A program made the position numbers and the translations under genes. A DNA stretch of 64,000 nt from Callorhinchus milii. Its lineage: Eukaryota. Position 1 is the first letter of the stretch. Every line of letters begins with the position of its first letter. The stretch is taken from assembly GCF_018977255.1 (NCBI RefSeq), contig NW_024704743.1:45386001-45450000 (forward strand). Reading direction: 5' to 3'. Shown here piece by piece: positions 12,676-24,530 of the stretch. The notes under the pieces are model-generated. The model did no database searches, was not told the DNA's origin, and saw nothing but the letters and a program-made list of their open reading frames with translations.

Positions 12676-13026
12676 GTGTCAATTTGGCTCAGTTGATAGC
12701 TCTCACAACGCTGGGTCACAAGGTGATGGGTTCAAATCCCACGCTGGGACCATGAGCTCACAATCAGTGCAGTACTGAGAGTGTTGCATTGTCCTTCAGG
12801 TGAGATATTAAACTAAAGCCCCTTCTGTCTGTTTAGGTGTGTACCGAAGAACTCATGATATTATTGGAAACGATGAGGTGTCCTGTCAACTAAAATCATT
12901 CACCTTTTGGTTGTTTGTGGGATATTACACTGAAAATGTCTCTTGTATTTACGTACATAAAACATTACATCACTTGACAGTATTAATGTAAAGTTCTTTG
13001 AGGTGACTCAATACGATAAGGTGCTC
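12676..13026 (+). mobile_element. Old DeuSINE-type SINE (family C) with tRNA head
   Basis: tggctcagttgatagc (A box), gggttcaaatccc (B box), cagtgcagtactgagagtgttgcattgtc, ttgtttgtggga. Confidence 0.78.
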
Positions 13027-13483
13027 CAATCATTTTTCCATAGTTTCATAAAGGGAGTAACTTTAGTACAACTATTCTCAGTTGGCTGAAAACTGACTTT
13101 ATATGGCAAACAATTGCAACATGAGAATCCCTAAATTGACTGTATGTAGGAACAGCAGAGTGGAAAGGACTCTTGGAGTTTGTCTGGCTGGTACAATATT
13201 CTAAAATATTGCATTCTTTAATACGCCCTAATATCCCCAAGGATATCAACACATACTTACCTGTGAATTTTAATATGATTATCTTCAATTCCTAATTTTT
13301 TTTCAATAAATTTATGAAAATAAATAAATCTTTATGCTTTGCAGTCTGTGAAAAGGATTATTATCACAAAAACATACGATTGTGAAATATCAAGCTTGAA
13401 CGCTCCAGATTAAAGCGATCCTAATAGCCTAATCCTCCAGTGCAGTGTCACAAAGTCTGCTTTTCCATGGTACAGCAACATGT

Positions 13484-14110
13484 CATAGGAACATAGGAAC
13501 AGGAAGAGGCCATACAGCCTTTCGAGCCTGTTCCACCGTTTAATTATTAATTTGAGCCTGGCTGATCTGAACCTCAACTAATCCTTTCAATTCCAATTTC
13601 TTGCTTTCTCCCCATATCCCTTAATACCCTGACCTACCAAAAATCTATCAACCTCACTCTTGAAGGTGTGGAGATGGATCCAGCATCCACAGCCTTTTGG
13701 GGGAGAGAATTCCAGATTTCTACAACTCTTTAAGTGAAAAACTGCTTCCTCATTTCACTCTTAAATGGCCTGGTTCTAATTTTAAGACTCTGACTCTTTG
13801 TTCTGGATTCCCCCATCAGAGGAAATAGCTTCTCTGTATCTATCCCATCAAACCCCTTTATCATCTTAAATACCTCAATCAAATCACCCCTCAACCTTCT
13901 AAACTCAAGGGAATACAATCCCAGTTTACGCAGCCTTTCCTCGTAACTTAACCCTTTTAGGTCTGGTAACATTCTGGTGAACCTGCACTGCACCCCCTCC
14001 AGGGCCAATATATCTTTCCTGAGGTGTGGTGCCCAAAACTGAACACAGTACTGCAGATGGGGTCTGACTTACGCTCTATACAGCTGAAGCATCATTTCTC
14101 CCCCTCTATT
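13484..14110 (-). mobile_element. CR1 LINE 3' fragment
   Basis: ALEGVQCRFTRMLPDLKGLSYEERLRKLGLYSLEFRRLRGDLIEVFKM; (ttcctatg)n tail. Confidence 0.92.
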
Positions 14111-14239
14111 CCTGATCCATTCAAAGTTCTAGGAAATGGACTGTGTTTGTGATGAACATAATTAGTTAATAATTAGTCAATGAAGAATTCTTCCTCTCAT
14201 TTACCTTTCATAAAATTACTTCCATATAAAAAAATGTGT

Positions 14240-14256
14240 ATATTTCTTTTTTCAGG
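14240..14256 (+). promoter_or_regulatory. Probable 3' splice acceptor opening the LRRC3B coding exon
   Basis: tatttcttttttcAG|G: polypyrimidine tract with AG at 14254-14255, 205 nt upstream of the ATG. Fits the known non-coding first exon + coding second exon layout of LRRC3B. Confidence 0.65.
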
Positions 14257-14270
14257 TGCAATACTTTAAA

Positions 14271-14338
14271 ACAACAACAACAACACAATTACATTTGTAT
14301 AGCGCCTTTCATGTCGGGAGGACGCCCCAAGGCACTGG
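14271..14338 (-). mobile_element. L2 tail-only fragment inside the putative LRRC3B 5' UTR
   Basis: Reverse complement of the young L2 terminus: cagtgccttggggcgtcctcccgacatgaaaggcgctatacaaatgtaattgtg(ttg)n. Confidence 0.85.
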
Positions 14339-14460
14339 AACATCCTTGACAAGCTATAAATCCCTACAACGTGAGGGACCCTGCTGGGATGTCCGGTAAA
14401 CTGGTTACTGAGCACTGTTGGCTGAAGGATCTGGTCATGTGATTATGCAGACATCCCAGC

Positions 14461-15240
14461 ATGAAGCTGATGGACCTGTTCCTAGCTCGATCCCTCTCTA
14501 TGTATTTGCTCTTACAGAGTTTTGTGCTCTTGATACTGTGCTTTCACTCTGCCAGCATGTGTCCCAAAGGCTGTCTCTGCTCTCATGTCGACGGCTTGAA
14601 TGTAAGCTGCAGCAACGCAAATCTTAAAGAAATCCCTAAAGATCTTCCCCCCGAAACTGCCTTACTTTACCTGGATTCCAATCAAATAAAGTCTGTTCCC
14701 AATGAGATATTCAAGGACTTGCACCAGCTCAAAGTGCTCAATTTGTCAAAGAACTTTATTGAGTCTATCGAGGAGCACGCGTTCAAAGGTGTGGCAGAGA
14801 GCCTGCAGACACTCGACCTTTCCAACAACAAGATTAAAAGTGTGCACAGGGACACGTTCAGCAAACTCAAAGCCAGGGCACAGTTTTCGGACAATCCATG
14901 GCACTGTGACTGCACGCTGCAGCAGGTGCTGCACAGCCTGCCCTCCAACCATGAGACAGCGAACAATATCATCTGCGAGACAGCAGTCCTCGAGGAGCAC
15001 ATGGGGAAATCCTTCCTCAGCACTGCAAACGAGGCAGATCTTTGTAATCTTCCTAAAAAGACAACTGACGTGGCCATGCTCGTCACTATGTTTGGCTGGT
15101 TCACCATGGTGATTTCCTACGTGGTGTATTACGTACGGCAAAACCAAGAGGACGCGAGGAGACATCTGGAATATTTAAAGTCGCTTCCCAGTAAACAAAA
15201 GAAGCCGGAAGAACTTGATGACATTAGTACTGTACTGTAG
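14461..15240 (+). CDS. LRRC3B: Leucine-rich repeat-containing protein 3B; single coding exon, 259 aa type I membrane LRR protein
   Basis: Intact ORF with signal peptide, LRRNT (CPKGCLC...VSC), LxxLxLxxN repeats, LRRCT (NPWHCDC), TM segment (AMLVTMFGWFTMVISYVVYYV) and tail RQNQEDARRHLEYLKSLPS...DDISTVL. Colinear with, and the same length as, human LRRC3B as recalled. In-frame upstream stop at 14440-14442. Confidence 0.96.
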   Translation: MKLMDLFLARSLSMYLLLQSFVLLILCFHSASMCPKGCLCSHVDGLNVSCSNANLKEIPKDLPPETALLYLDSNQIKSVPNEIFKDLHQLKVLNLSKNFIESIEEHAFKGVAESLQTLDLSNNKIKSVHRDTFSKLKARAQFSDNPWHCDCTLQQVLHSLPSNHETANNIICETAVLEEHMGKSFLSTANEADLCNLPKKTTDVAMLVTMFGWFTMVISYVVYYVRQNQEDARRHLEYLKSLPSKQKKPEELDDISTVL

Positions 15241-15490
15241 CACCACAGACAAAAGGACCCTTTGAAATGGAGTTTCTTCCTTGGAAACTGAAACCACTTC
15301 TACCCTACAACAAAGAGGCTGAAAACAACTTGTGAACACAAAATGAAATGTGTTTGCATCGCATCAGAAGGAAACAATAGAGTGATTATGTCGCTATGAG
15401 TGTGATGAGGGCAGATTTTTATAATTAATTAACAGAACGGCAACGATGACTTTTCAAAGCTCACTTTTCCAGCGTTTTGACTAATTGTTG

Positions 15491-15816
15491 TAATAATAAT
15501 AATAATAATCCTTGCATTTGATATAGCGCTTTTCACGTCGGGAGGACGTCCCAAAGTGCTTCACAGAATATACTGTAAAGTGAACCGACTGTATATTTGT
15601 GGGCGAATGCAGCAGCCAATTGCGCACAGCAATGTCCCACAAACAGTCGTAGATTGAAAATGACCAATTTATTATTGTTTTTGGTTTTGGAGGGATTATT
15701 ATTAGGCTCTGTGTGGAGTAAGGAAACTTGCCCAAGGTTTCGCCCTGCCTGGAATTGAACTCAGGTCTCTCGCTTCCAAAGCGAGTGCTCTAACCACTGA
15801 GCTACAGGACTCCACA
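15491..15816 (-). mobile_element. Young full-length SINE (family A), 250 nt downstream of the LRRC3B stop
   Basis: Reverse complement is near-identical to 9456-9778. Confidence 0.94.
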
Positions 15817-16949
15817 TAATGTACCTGGTTTGTACTGAAGAAGAAGCCGTTAAGAGAGGTAGTTCCATGAGTAACTCATTTAGGAAGTCGTTTTACAAAA
15901 AAAATTAGGAATAGCTGGAGTGGTGCATTGGTAAACACTCATTATGGCTCTTCACCTGAGGTACATCTGTTGGATGTCCTGCTCATCGTACTGCTACACG
16001 GTATATCTGCCAGCAGAAAGCTGGCCGGTATATCTCAAGATTGCTCCACCCTTTGGTGCTGATGGAGGGGAAAGGTATGAAAGTGTTTAGTGTACGTGAG
16101 AGTAGGGAAGCCCTTTCTCCAGCGCTCCAGCTGCAAATTGTTAGCAGTTTCTGATAGTGATCTGGTAGGTATTGTGCAGTTTGATGCTGTGAGGGGCCTG
16201 GCATGCCGAGCGAGACAGCGACCGAAGGTTTCCGTATTCCAGATGAGGTGGATCCTGGTGCGGAGATGCCATTTCAAAATCTCCCGCCGGGACTAATGGC
16301 CAAAACAGCAAGTGTGATATCACTTTCGTGCGATGTTTTTCAAACTTTCCAGGGTAAGTATTCCTTTTTCATTTCTGTTCCTAATCCTCTTCCCTGTCCT
16401 CCTCCTTTATCCTCCCGTCCACCATCTTCCTCCCTCTCTGGCTTTTGTCCAAACAAAGCCATAAGCGCCAACCCCTTTCTCTCCCCTCTCTACTGTCTCC
16501 CCTAGCCCCCACCATGTCTGCAGGCTGGCATTGCCTTGCTGATCTCTCTGCTCCCAGTCTTGGCGTGCGTGTTTGGCTGCTGCCCTTGCCCGAGCCACAC
16601 TATGTCAAAATGCCCCATTTCCTACTCCTCACCCTTCGTTACCCCCACTCAGTCCTTCTCTCCTACCACCTTCCCTGTCTTCTCTCCCTCCTGGAGCCCT
16701 CTCACAGCTTCCCTCTGTTCCAGCCTGGGCAGCCTCCACTGGGCTCACCGTAGCACTCGATGATGGTTGACCCAGAGCAGCCACATCCCCCACCTACTCC
16801 ACAAGGCCTGCCTCCCCCACCTCCGGAGGGTAAACCCTCGTTCTCTCATCCACATCCTTCCCAAGTCTAACCTCCTTATACTTGACAGTCGTTCACCCCC
16901 ACAATTTACAACACCCCAAACCCTCTCTTGCCTGCACCCCCATTCACAT

Positions 16950-18783
16950 TGGCCTCCAAAATGTCCACTCCCTCCCAAACAAAGCTCCTGTAATCCACAA
17001 CTTCATCCTAGATGAGCAAATAGACATTCCTGGGCTCACAGAAACCTAGTTCTCCCCTGATGACCCTGTCCTCCTTGTCAAAGCCTCCGTGCCTGGTTAT
17101 ACTTCACACCACACTCCCCAAGATGGTGGGATGGCCTTCATTTCCCATATATTGATATATTCCCCTACTCCTCTGGATGTTTCCCTCTTTTGAGCACCTC
17201 ATCCTCTACCATCCCTACTCTCTCTCCTTCAAAATTCTCCTAGGCTACCACCACCTGGCTTCTTCCTTGTGGATATCTCCTCTCATCCCTGCCACTCTGC
17301 ACACAACACCTGTTCACAATGGGCGATTTCAACCTTCATCTCAATTCCTTCTGCCCCATCTCCTCTGACTTCGCCGCCCTCCTCTCCAACGTAAACCTCA
17401 CCATCCACATTCACTCCCTGACCCACAATCGTAGCCACCCCCTCAACCTCATCATCACCCATGGCCTAGACATCTCTGATCTAACCATTACTGACAAGGC
17501 CATCTCAGACGACTTCCCCATTTCCTCTCCTTTCATATCACCCTCCCCTCTTTCGAGCCTTCCGCCATCTTTTTCCACCCATGGAAAAAGTTTCTTTGCC
17601 TCCCTCCCCCCACCACCACAAGTCCCTCATAAACGCCCTCTCATCCTTGGGCCTTGTCCCTCTCTGGCCTTCCACCCACAGTGATCCAGATGCAGCCATC
17701 AAGCTGCTAAATGAGTGCCTCTCCTCCATCTTGAATTCTATTGTCCCCCTGAAAACCAGGTCCATCTTCAGCCTACCTGTTCCCCCTGGTACAACAGTCA
17801 TCTCCACTCCCTCAAATCCCAAAGCCGGTTGCTCGAGTGCATAAAACCGACCTCATAGTTCACCCTAACTGTGACTCAAACATCTTCATACCTACCCTAC
17901 ATACTTGAGTCCTCTAGCTCAATGGTTAGAGTACTCACCTCGCAGATGAGAGACCTGGGTTCAATCCTGGCAGGGCAAAATGTTGGGCAAGTTTCCTACT
18001 CCACATGCCTCTGTGTACCTAGCAATAAGTAGGAACCCAGTTGGTCAATTGGTGGATCAGTTTTCTGGGGATAATAATTCCCTAAAAAATAATAATAAAT
18101 TGGTCACTTCAATCCACGACTGTTTGGGGGACACTGTTGTGCACAATTGGCTGCTGAGTTTTGCCCCCAAAATATACAGTCAATTCACTTTACAGTATAT
18201 TCTGTGAAGCGCTTTAAGATGTCTCGAAGACATGATAAGACATGCAAGGATTATTATTATTATTACCACACGCCCTCTCTAAAGCTAAAACCGCTTTCTA
18301 CTCACAGGTCATTCTCAATCCCAAATTCCTGTTCTTCACTACCCACCACCTCCGCATTCCCTCTCAAGCACCCTCAATCCTCACTTCCAATGCCAATTGT
18401 GAAGAGGTCCTCTCACCCGTTTTCAAATCCCTTCATTACCTCCCACCTCCCTACCTATCCAATCTGCTTACACCCGATTCCACCATCCGCCTCCTCTGCT
18501 CGGCTTCCTCTGGCCTCCTGTTTGTCCCTCGTCTGCTCTGCTCCACCAGGTGGCCATGCCTTCAGCCACTACAACCCCAAACTCTGAATCTTTCTGCATC
18601 AATCCCTCTGCCTTGACCCCTTCCTCCCCACTTTCAAATCCCACCTAAATACCTTCCTTTTTGGTTGTGCGTATGGTCACTTCCCCTCTTTCTCTCCTCC
18701 TGCTCGGTGTCAGACTCCACCAATGTCAAGCGCTCCAGGACTCCACCCCGTGTGAAGGGCGCTATATAAATATGCTGTTGTTG
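16950..18783 (+). mobile_element. Decayed L2 LINE: endonuclease region and 3' end, RT core missing, interrupted by a SINE
   Basis: LQNVHSLPNK...GLTET* from ~16954, MGDFNLH at 17319, HPLNLII..ISDD (APE motifs); [20 protein letters not shown] after the SINE; then directly [13 protein letters not shown] and tail gtgtgaagggcgctatataaatatgctgttgttg. The 5' end may extend to ~16330. Confidence 0.82.
17906..18265 (+). mobile_element. Long older SINE (family B), nested in L2
   Basis: Same head and tail as family A plus internal tctgtgtacctagcaataagtaggaacccag...ctggggat segment. Confidence 0.88.
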
Positions 18784-21221
18784 GCATGCTTGCTTCAGGT
18801 GAAGCTGGGCATAGCACTGGCGTCTGCTGTAATTTAAACCTAAGGGCAGACAGACAATGATCACGTACACCAGGAAGGAGAGTGAGGGCCAGGGGAAGGA
18901 AAAACATCTGTTAGCAACTAATGACAGGGCAGAGCAGGAACAGATGTAGTCCTGCATTTGCTGGGTATCTGTTACAAACTGACCTGTTGGGGTCAGCAGG
19001 CAAAACTATGTGAGGTGCTGAAAGATCTCAAGTCCAACTTTCACATGCTCAGTGTTTAAATGTAGGAGGGCTTGGGGTTGGATTTGAAAAGATCACCTTT
19101 CTGATTAATGTTAGAGTTGATGCTCTCATTCTCAGAACACAGCAATCTCCAGTGCACAACTGCTAGTAATTTGATTGCCTCAGCTATAAAGGACATGTCG
19201 AATGTGCCAAGAGTCTTGAAAAGGAGTTTAGGATATCCATTGAAACTCACATGGAAACATATAGATTATTCAAACAGCATCTTAATCTGTACATCTCAGC
19301 AGCCTACTCCACACTGTGAGCCCATAAACCTCTCAGCTGCCATAAAAACATAGAGCTATTAGAACAGATATCACATATACCTGTGCCTGTTAGTGCTCCC
19401 TACAGACAGACAGCTCAAACTCTCCAATGTCACCCTGTGTAGGCAGGGTGACTGTACTTTCAGGATAGGTCGGAGTTCTGGGATGAATTCATTCTTGTTG
19501 AGCCGACTGCATCATGCCTGATACCAGATGCCAAATGGAAGGGTGCTCCACTCTTTGGTGCTGTCACTCCTACCTGAGCCCAGAAAGAGGACCTTAAACA
19601 AAAGGTTCAAAGTAATTTCTGTAAGTGACGAGAGTCTATTCTGAAGTTGGGGGTGATTAAATGATCACAGTTTTATTTAGCGACCTCAGAGGTATGAGCT
19701 TATGACGAGAATTCCCTATTCATTTGAAGATCAGTGTAGTGAGACCGATTTATAAATACTGTTCTGTTAAGTAGGAAGTTGTATAAAGGAAAGTGAAGAC
19801 TAAGAAGCACCATGTTTGGGTTATTCCTATAAATGGTGAACATAACTTGAAGCTGCTGAGAAGATTAGAACCTGAGAATCACTTAATTAATCTCTAAATC
19901 TGAGAAACTGGGTTTATAATGTGATATCCAACAAACCAGATGGAAGTACCTAAATGTGACTTGCAGTTTGTAAATTTGGGATCATGACATTCAGAAATCC
20001 CAAGTCGGCAAACTCTGGAAATAAACAATAACATCTTTAATTTATATAGCACACCTCGAACAATGTAGCATCCCAGAGAGCTCCCTGCAAAAACAAGGTT
20101 GAGTAAAATGCTGGCTGTTTCACGCAGGCATTTTGCTTGTCGGACTTTTTTCAAACCTTGGCAACCTGGAATTTACAGTTTACCGTTTGCAAATGTCACA
20201 ATCTGAAATTCACAAAACTGGAAATCACAATTGGCATCTGAAATCCACTTTGTGAATATTGCATTTTAACCTCTAATGTGGTATCAGAGTGGAAGTGACA
20301 GATCGTAACAACAAGCACAATCTAGCACAGAACAATTCTGATCTCTTAAGTGCCTAAAATATGTGTTGCCTGTTTATGCATTGACTCTGGTTTAATTTCT
20401 GTAAGAAAATGTGTTAATTATCCTCCATCTAACATTTCTGTAGAGAAATACATTTGTATATATGGTATCGAACACTTTATCCCGCTGTCATGATGGTATT
20501 TGTCATTCTCATTCTTCAGCGTCAGAATAAAATAAACCATACAATTAATTCTTCTTCTGTTTCTTTTCCCTTTATTCATCCTTTACATTAATTTTCCCAT
20601 CTTTTACCAACTGTTTGCAATGGGCAGTGGGATCTGACAGGAAACAACTTTCAGCACTTTGTACTGATGTTTCAGAATGTAGCTGATCAAATAAATAACA
20701 GAGGTCCTTGCACTTGATGGAGTGCCTTTCCCTATTCCAGCATAGCACTTGCTGGATTATGCATTGCTGTACAACCTATTCTTTAAAGACTTAAACCACT
20801 GTTGTGGTATTTTTTCGGACAAACCAAATGTATTGTTGAACTCATGAGGCAGGAATTATCAAACTTCAGAGTTCTCTTTTACACATTCAAAGTCACCTCA
20901 CTTTGTGCAGCTGCTTATTCCTTCAATAGTATGTTATGTACCACTCTTGTACAGTAAGTGGGTTAGTTTGATTTTGTCGTTTTTGACAAAAGCTAAATTT
21001 TGATCACGGCAGTTGCAGAGAAGATACAATTAATTATGTTTTTATTGAAACAAAATATGGAAAATAATGAATCGACACTGGTAATTGAAGGAGAAACAAT
21101 GTTAAATTATTATACTGTAGCTAATGCCGATTTATGCTTGTGTTATGTTATGTACTGATTGTCAGCCAGTGGCTCCTCTAGCCCATATGATCGTTGAAGC
21201 AACTCATCATTTTATAATCTC

Positions 21222-21335
21222 ACAAAATCACAAGACTGGTCTGGATGAAAATGGCCCTTTGGCCCATCCAATCTCATCCGTCCAAACAACCACCCTTTGG
21301 TACCCCAATCACAGCATCAAGCTGCTTTTTAAATG
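21222..21335 (-). mobile_element. Short CR1-type 3' fragment
   Basis: tcacaagactggtctggatgaaaatggccctttggcccatccaatctcatcc; related to 36150-36383 and 50905-51080. Confidence 0.6.
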
Positions 21336-22728
21336 AGTCCAGTTTCAAGTAAGTGTGTTACACAAAGAATATACTCTCACATTGACTGTGACATTTCCTT
21401 CTTCTGTTGTGATAAGTGGAAAGTTTTTTTTTATTGAAACACTTTATTGGGTTATTGATTCTGTGCATATTGTATGAGGTAGATCCCAAAAATGCCATTT
21501 TGTCTTAGCATGCAGGACTAATTTTGTCTGAAAATCTGAGAGGGCACAGAATGGTGACAAACTCTGAAATTGTAAATTGATCTTCTGGAGCTCTTGAGGA
21601 TGAATGCTTCCGAATTGAGACTGAATGTAAGAAGTTTCCACCTTTCTGCTCCATCTTAAATTTTAAGACCAATCTGTCTCACGGGTGGTGAAATTTTAGG
21701 CCTCTAGTGAGCAGATCATACTACCTTGTCCATTAACAAAGAGGTTCAGGGAGTGATGCTGTTGCAAAAAAGGTGTTTGGTGTAGGAGTAACATCAGCTT
21801 GTTGTACAGATAGGACCAATGAATCCAACACAAAATGATTAGAACAGGTATAGATAGTTGAAAAATAGTCCAGGTCAATTAAATATCTACTGTGTGATAT
21901 GTTTTATGCACTTTCATATGCCCAATACTTTACTTGGAAGCAAAAGCCTTTTAAATTTGTGTCTCGCTTGGGGCTCATTAGTTTTTTGCTGGTGACCTTA
22001 AGGTTTGCGCTGACAGTCCAATTAAAATAATCTGCTTCGGTCTGCTTTGGCTACACTTAACAGTTTAAATACCATCATCTTGTCCTCTGTCAGTATTTTT
22101 CTCTGCAATGAAACAAGTTCACCCCACCAAATCTCTCTTCAGAATTTAGAGCCCGAAATCTTGCAATAATCCCTCTAGCCCAATTCTGAAGCCTTTAAAT
22201 GTTACAAACATCGTCTCTGGTCACTAAGGTTAGGAATCTTTTCTTCTGCTTCAAATCAATTCTCCTTGAAATGCAGCCTGGTATCTGATTAACCTTGACA
22301 TCAGGCAGTGGGGTCAAAAATAATTTCATCTAATCATTTTCGCTATCCTCAGATGACTGTGCATAAAGGCTGGCTGCTCCTGTGCCTGTGGCTATACTTC
22401 CTTCCCTAAAAAGCAGCTATTCAGTGGTGCATAATAGATCCCAGAGTGAATAGTAGTTGAATACTTCCTGCCTCACATTGGAATTCTTTGGTATCTGCTA
22501 TGCACATGTAACCAACAGAGCAAGAAAACACTGTGCGTGGAAATGTGGGCACAAACCCAGGCTGGAAATTCCATCCGCTTCTCTATCACCAAAATAATTC
22601 GGAAATGTAAAGGAAATTGCGGGGAAAATCACAGGTATATTTTTTAAAAATACATATAAAATAAAAAAAAATTACGCAAATCATCAACATGTTTGTAGAG
22701 TTACTATAATTCAAAATTGGATCAGACT

Positions 22729-22860
22729 CCAAAATACAATACAATGTCCTATTATTCCATATTACAGTACAAACCAATATCCCATGATTCCATATTACAA
22801 TACAAACACATATCCTACTGCTCCATATTGCATGTTCCAGTGTTCTATAGCACAGTACCA
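22729..22860. repeat. Degenerate 33-bp minisatellite (~3-4 units)
   Basis: (t/c)tccatatt at 22755, 22788 and 22821, with tacaaac..atatcc repeated. Confidence 0.75.
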
Positions 22861-22877
22861 ACCTACGGCTTACTTGA

Positions 22878-23278
22878 AGTCAAAAGGTTGTGGGTTCAAG
22901 TCCCATAGTGCTACTGAACTAAAAAAACAGTCCAATAGAATGTCCAGGCTGGGGGAGCGAGGCATTTTTGGAGGTGGTGGTCTTTGGATGAAACCTAAAC
23001 CAAAGTCCTATTTGTCTATTCATTTGGACATTAAATATCCCAAAACACTGGTTCAAAAGAGAAGGGATATTCTCTCAGTTACCTGGCCAGCAATTGTCTA
23101 GGTAAAATTGGTCATTCATTTTATGGCTGTGTGTGGGGCATTGCTGCGTGTAAATTGGCTGTCATGTTCATCTACAAAATACACAATCACTAGACTCTAC
23201 CGTAAATCCTGTGCAGTGCTTTCAGTCATCCTCCAGACATGGAAAGCACTACATCAAATACAAGGATTATGATTTATT
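22878..23278 (+). mobile_element. Old DeuSINE-type SINE (family C)
   Basis: aggttgtgggttcaagtccca B box, Deu body, tail tacatcaaatacaaggattat. Confidence 0.78.
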
Positions 23279-24157
23279 ACTGCTCCATGACACAGCAGTT
23301 AAGAGCTCAAATACATACATAGTGCAAGCAATGGTCATTTTCCCGTGTCTTTTTGCCATAAACTTAAATCAAAATTCTAATATGCCTAGAGGATTTACTG
23401 GAACATAAATTGTGTTGCCTGAACTTGTCATGCTAAAGCTAGAAAGTATTTTCCTTAAACACTCTGCTGTACTGTGCACTAATACACCTGTGTCTGCATT
23501 CAGTATTAGAATGCAGTAATGAGCTGGGGTTGTTATTAGTGGCTACTATTTATCCTGATGCTTCTATTGTACTTGTATGGAATAGTAAGCCATGGGATCT
23601 CAGTACACTATAATGCACCAAGCTGTCTGAGGGAGATACCATGTGGAGATGAGGCAATTTCCCAGGAGAAAAGGAGGAATAACAAGTCAGTCTGTATGGC
23701 TGAGCAACTCTCAGCAGCTGGTTTAATAGCCATATAGTCAGAGGCTGGAGAACAAACTGTCTGTCTGCTTGCCTTTGTTGATCTGGAAAAAGGTTTGTGA
23801 TAACGGGTGGAGAGGGGGAAGAAATATAATTTACAAAATCCGAGCTTTGAACTTAATTAAGTTAGTTCTACTAATTCTTAATGGCTTCAGGATTTTTTAA
23901 ATTCTGTTAGACGTCAAACATTTGCAATTATAATGGGTTGTATTCAAACAGAAGAGTTGCATTGCAATTGAAGATGTCAATACATTAGCAAGCACTGCAG
24001 CTAAACAACTCTAATTACTATAATTAAAGAACATTGAAGAGCTTTTAAAAAGATTACCCTTAAATAAAATAATTCTGCTCACTTTGGGCTTATTTCTGAT
24101 TTATAAATGCTCTATAATATTTCTAATAAGCACCAGAAGGCTATGTGTTCCTTCTAA

Positions 24158-24530
24158 TAATACTTGCACTATAGCACTTTATCACATCCAATGTCAATAC
24201 ATTTCAGCTCTCACACAGAATGAGTTACTTTAAAGTGTAGTAGTTGTAGGTTAACATACACAGAATGCTAAACAATCGGAATCTTTTATGCCACATTTTG
24301 ATAATAGGCCCCACTGTTGTTATGTCGCTAATCTGTTCCAAAGCAACGTAGACACAGCAATGAGAAGAATGACCATGGATGAGAGAGTAATATTGGCCTG
24401 GACACTAGGGAGAACTCTCTGCTCTTCTTCAGAGTAGCAATGGGATCTTTAATGCTCAACTGAATCACCAGAGGACCTCATATCCAAAGAATGGCACATC
24501 TAACAGCACAGCACTCACTCCCTCAGCATT
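24158..24530 (-). mobile_element. Old DeuSINE-type SINE, decayed
   Basis: gagaactctctgctcttcttcagagtagcaatgggatctttaatg...atccaaagaatggcac..cagcactcactccctcagca. Confidence 0.65.

Noticed and set aside
14682..15165. Antisense and alternative-frame ORFs of 136-141 aa over LRRC3B
   Set aside because: Shadows of the real CDS with no recognisable domains.
16200..16300. CpG-containing stretch as a CpG-island promoter
   Set aside because: Too short, downstream of the CDS and adjacent to an L2 5' region; not supportable as a host promoter.
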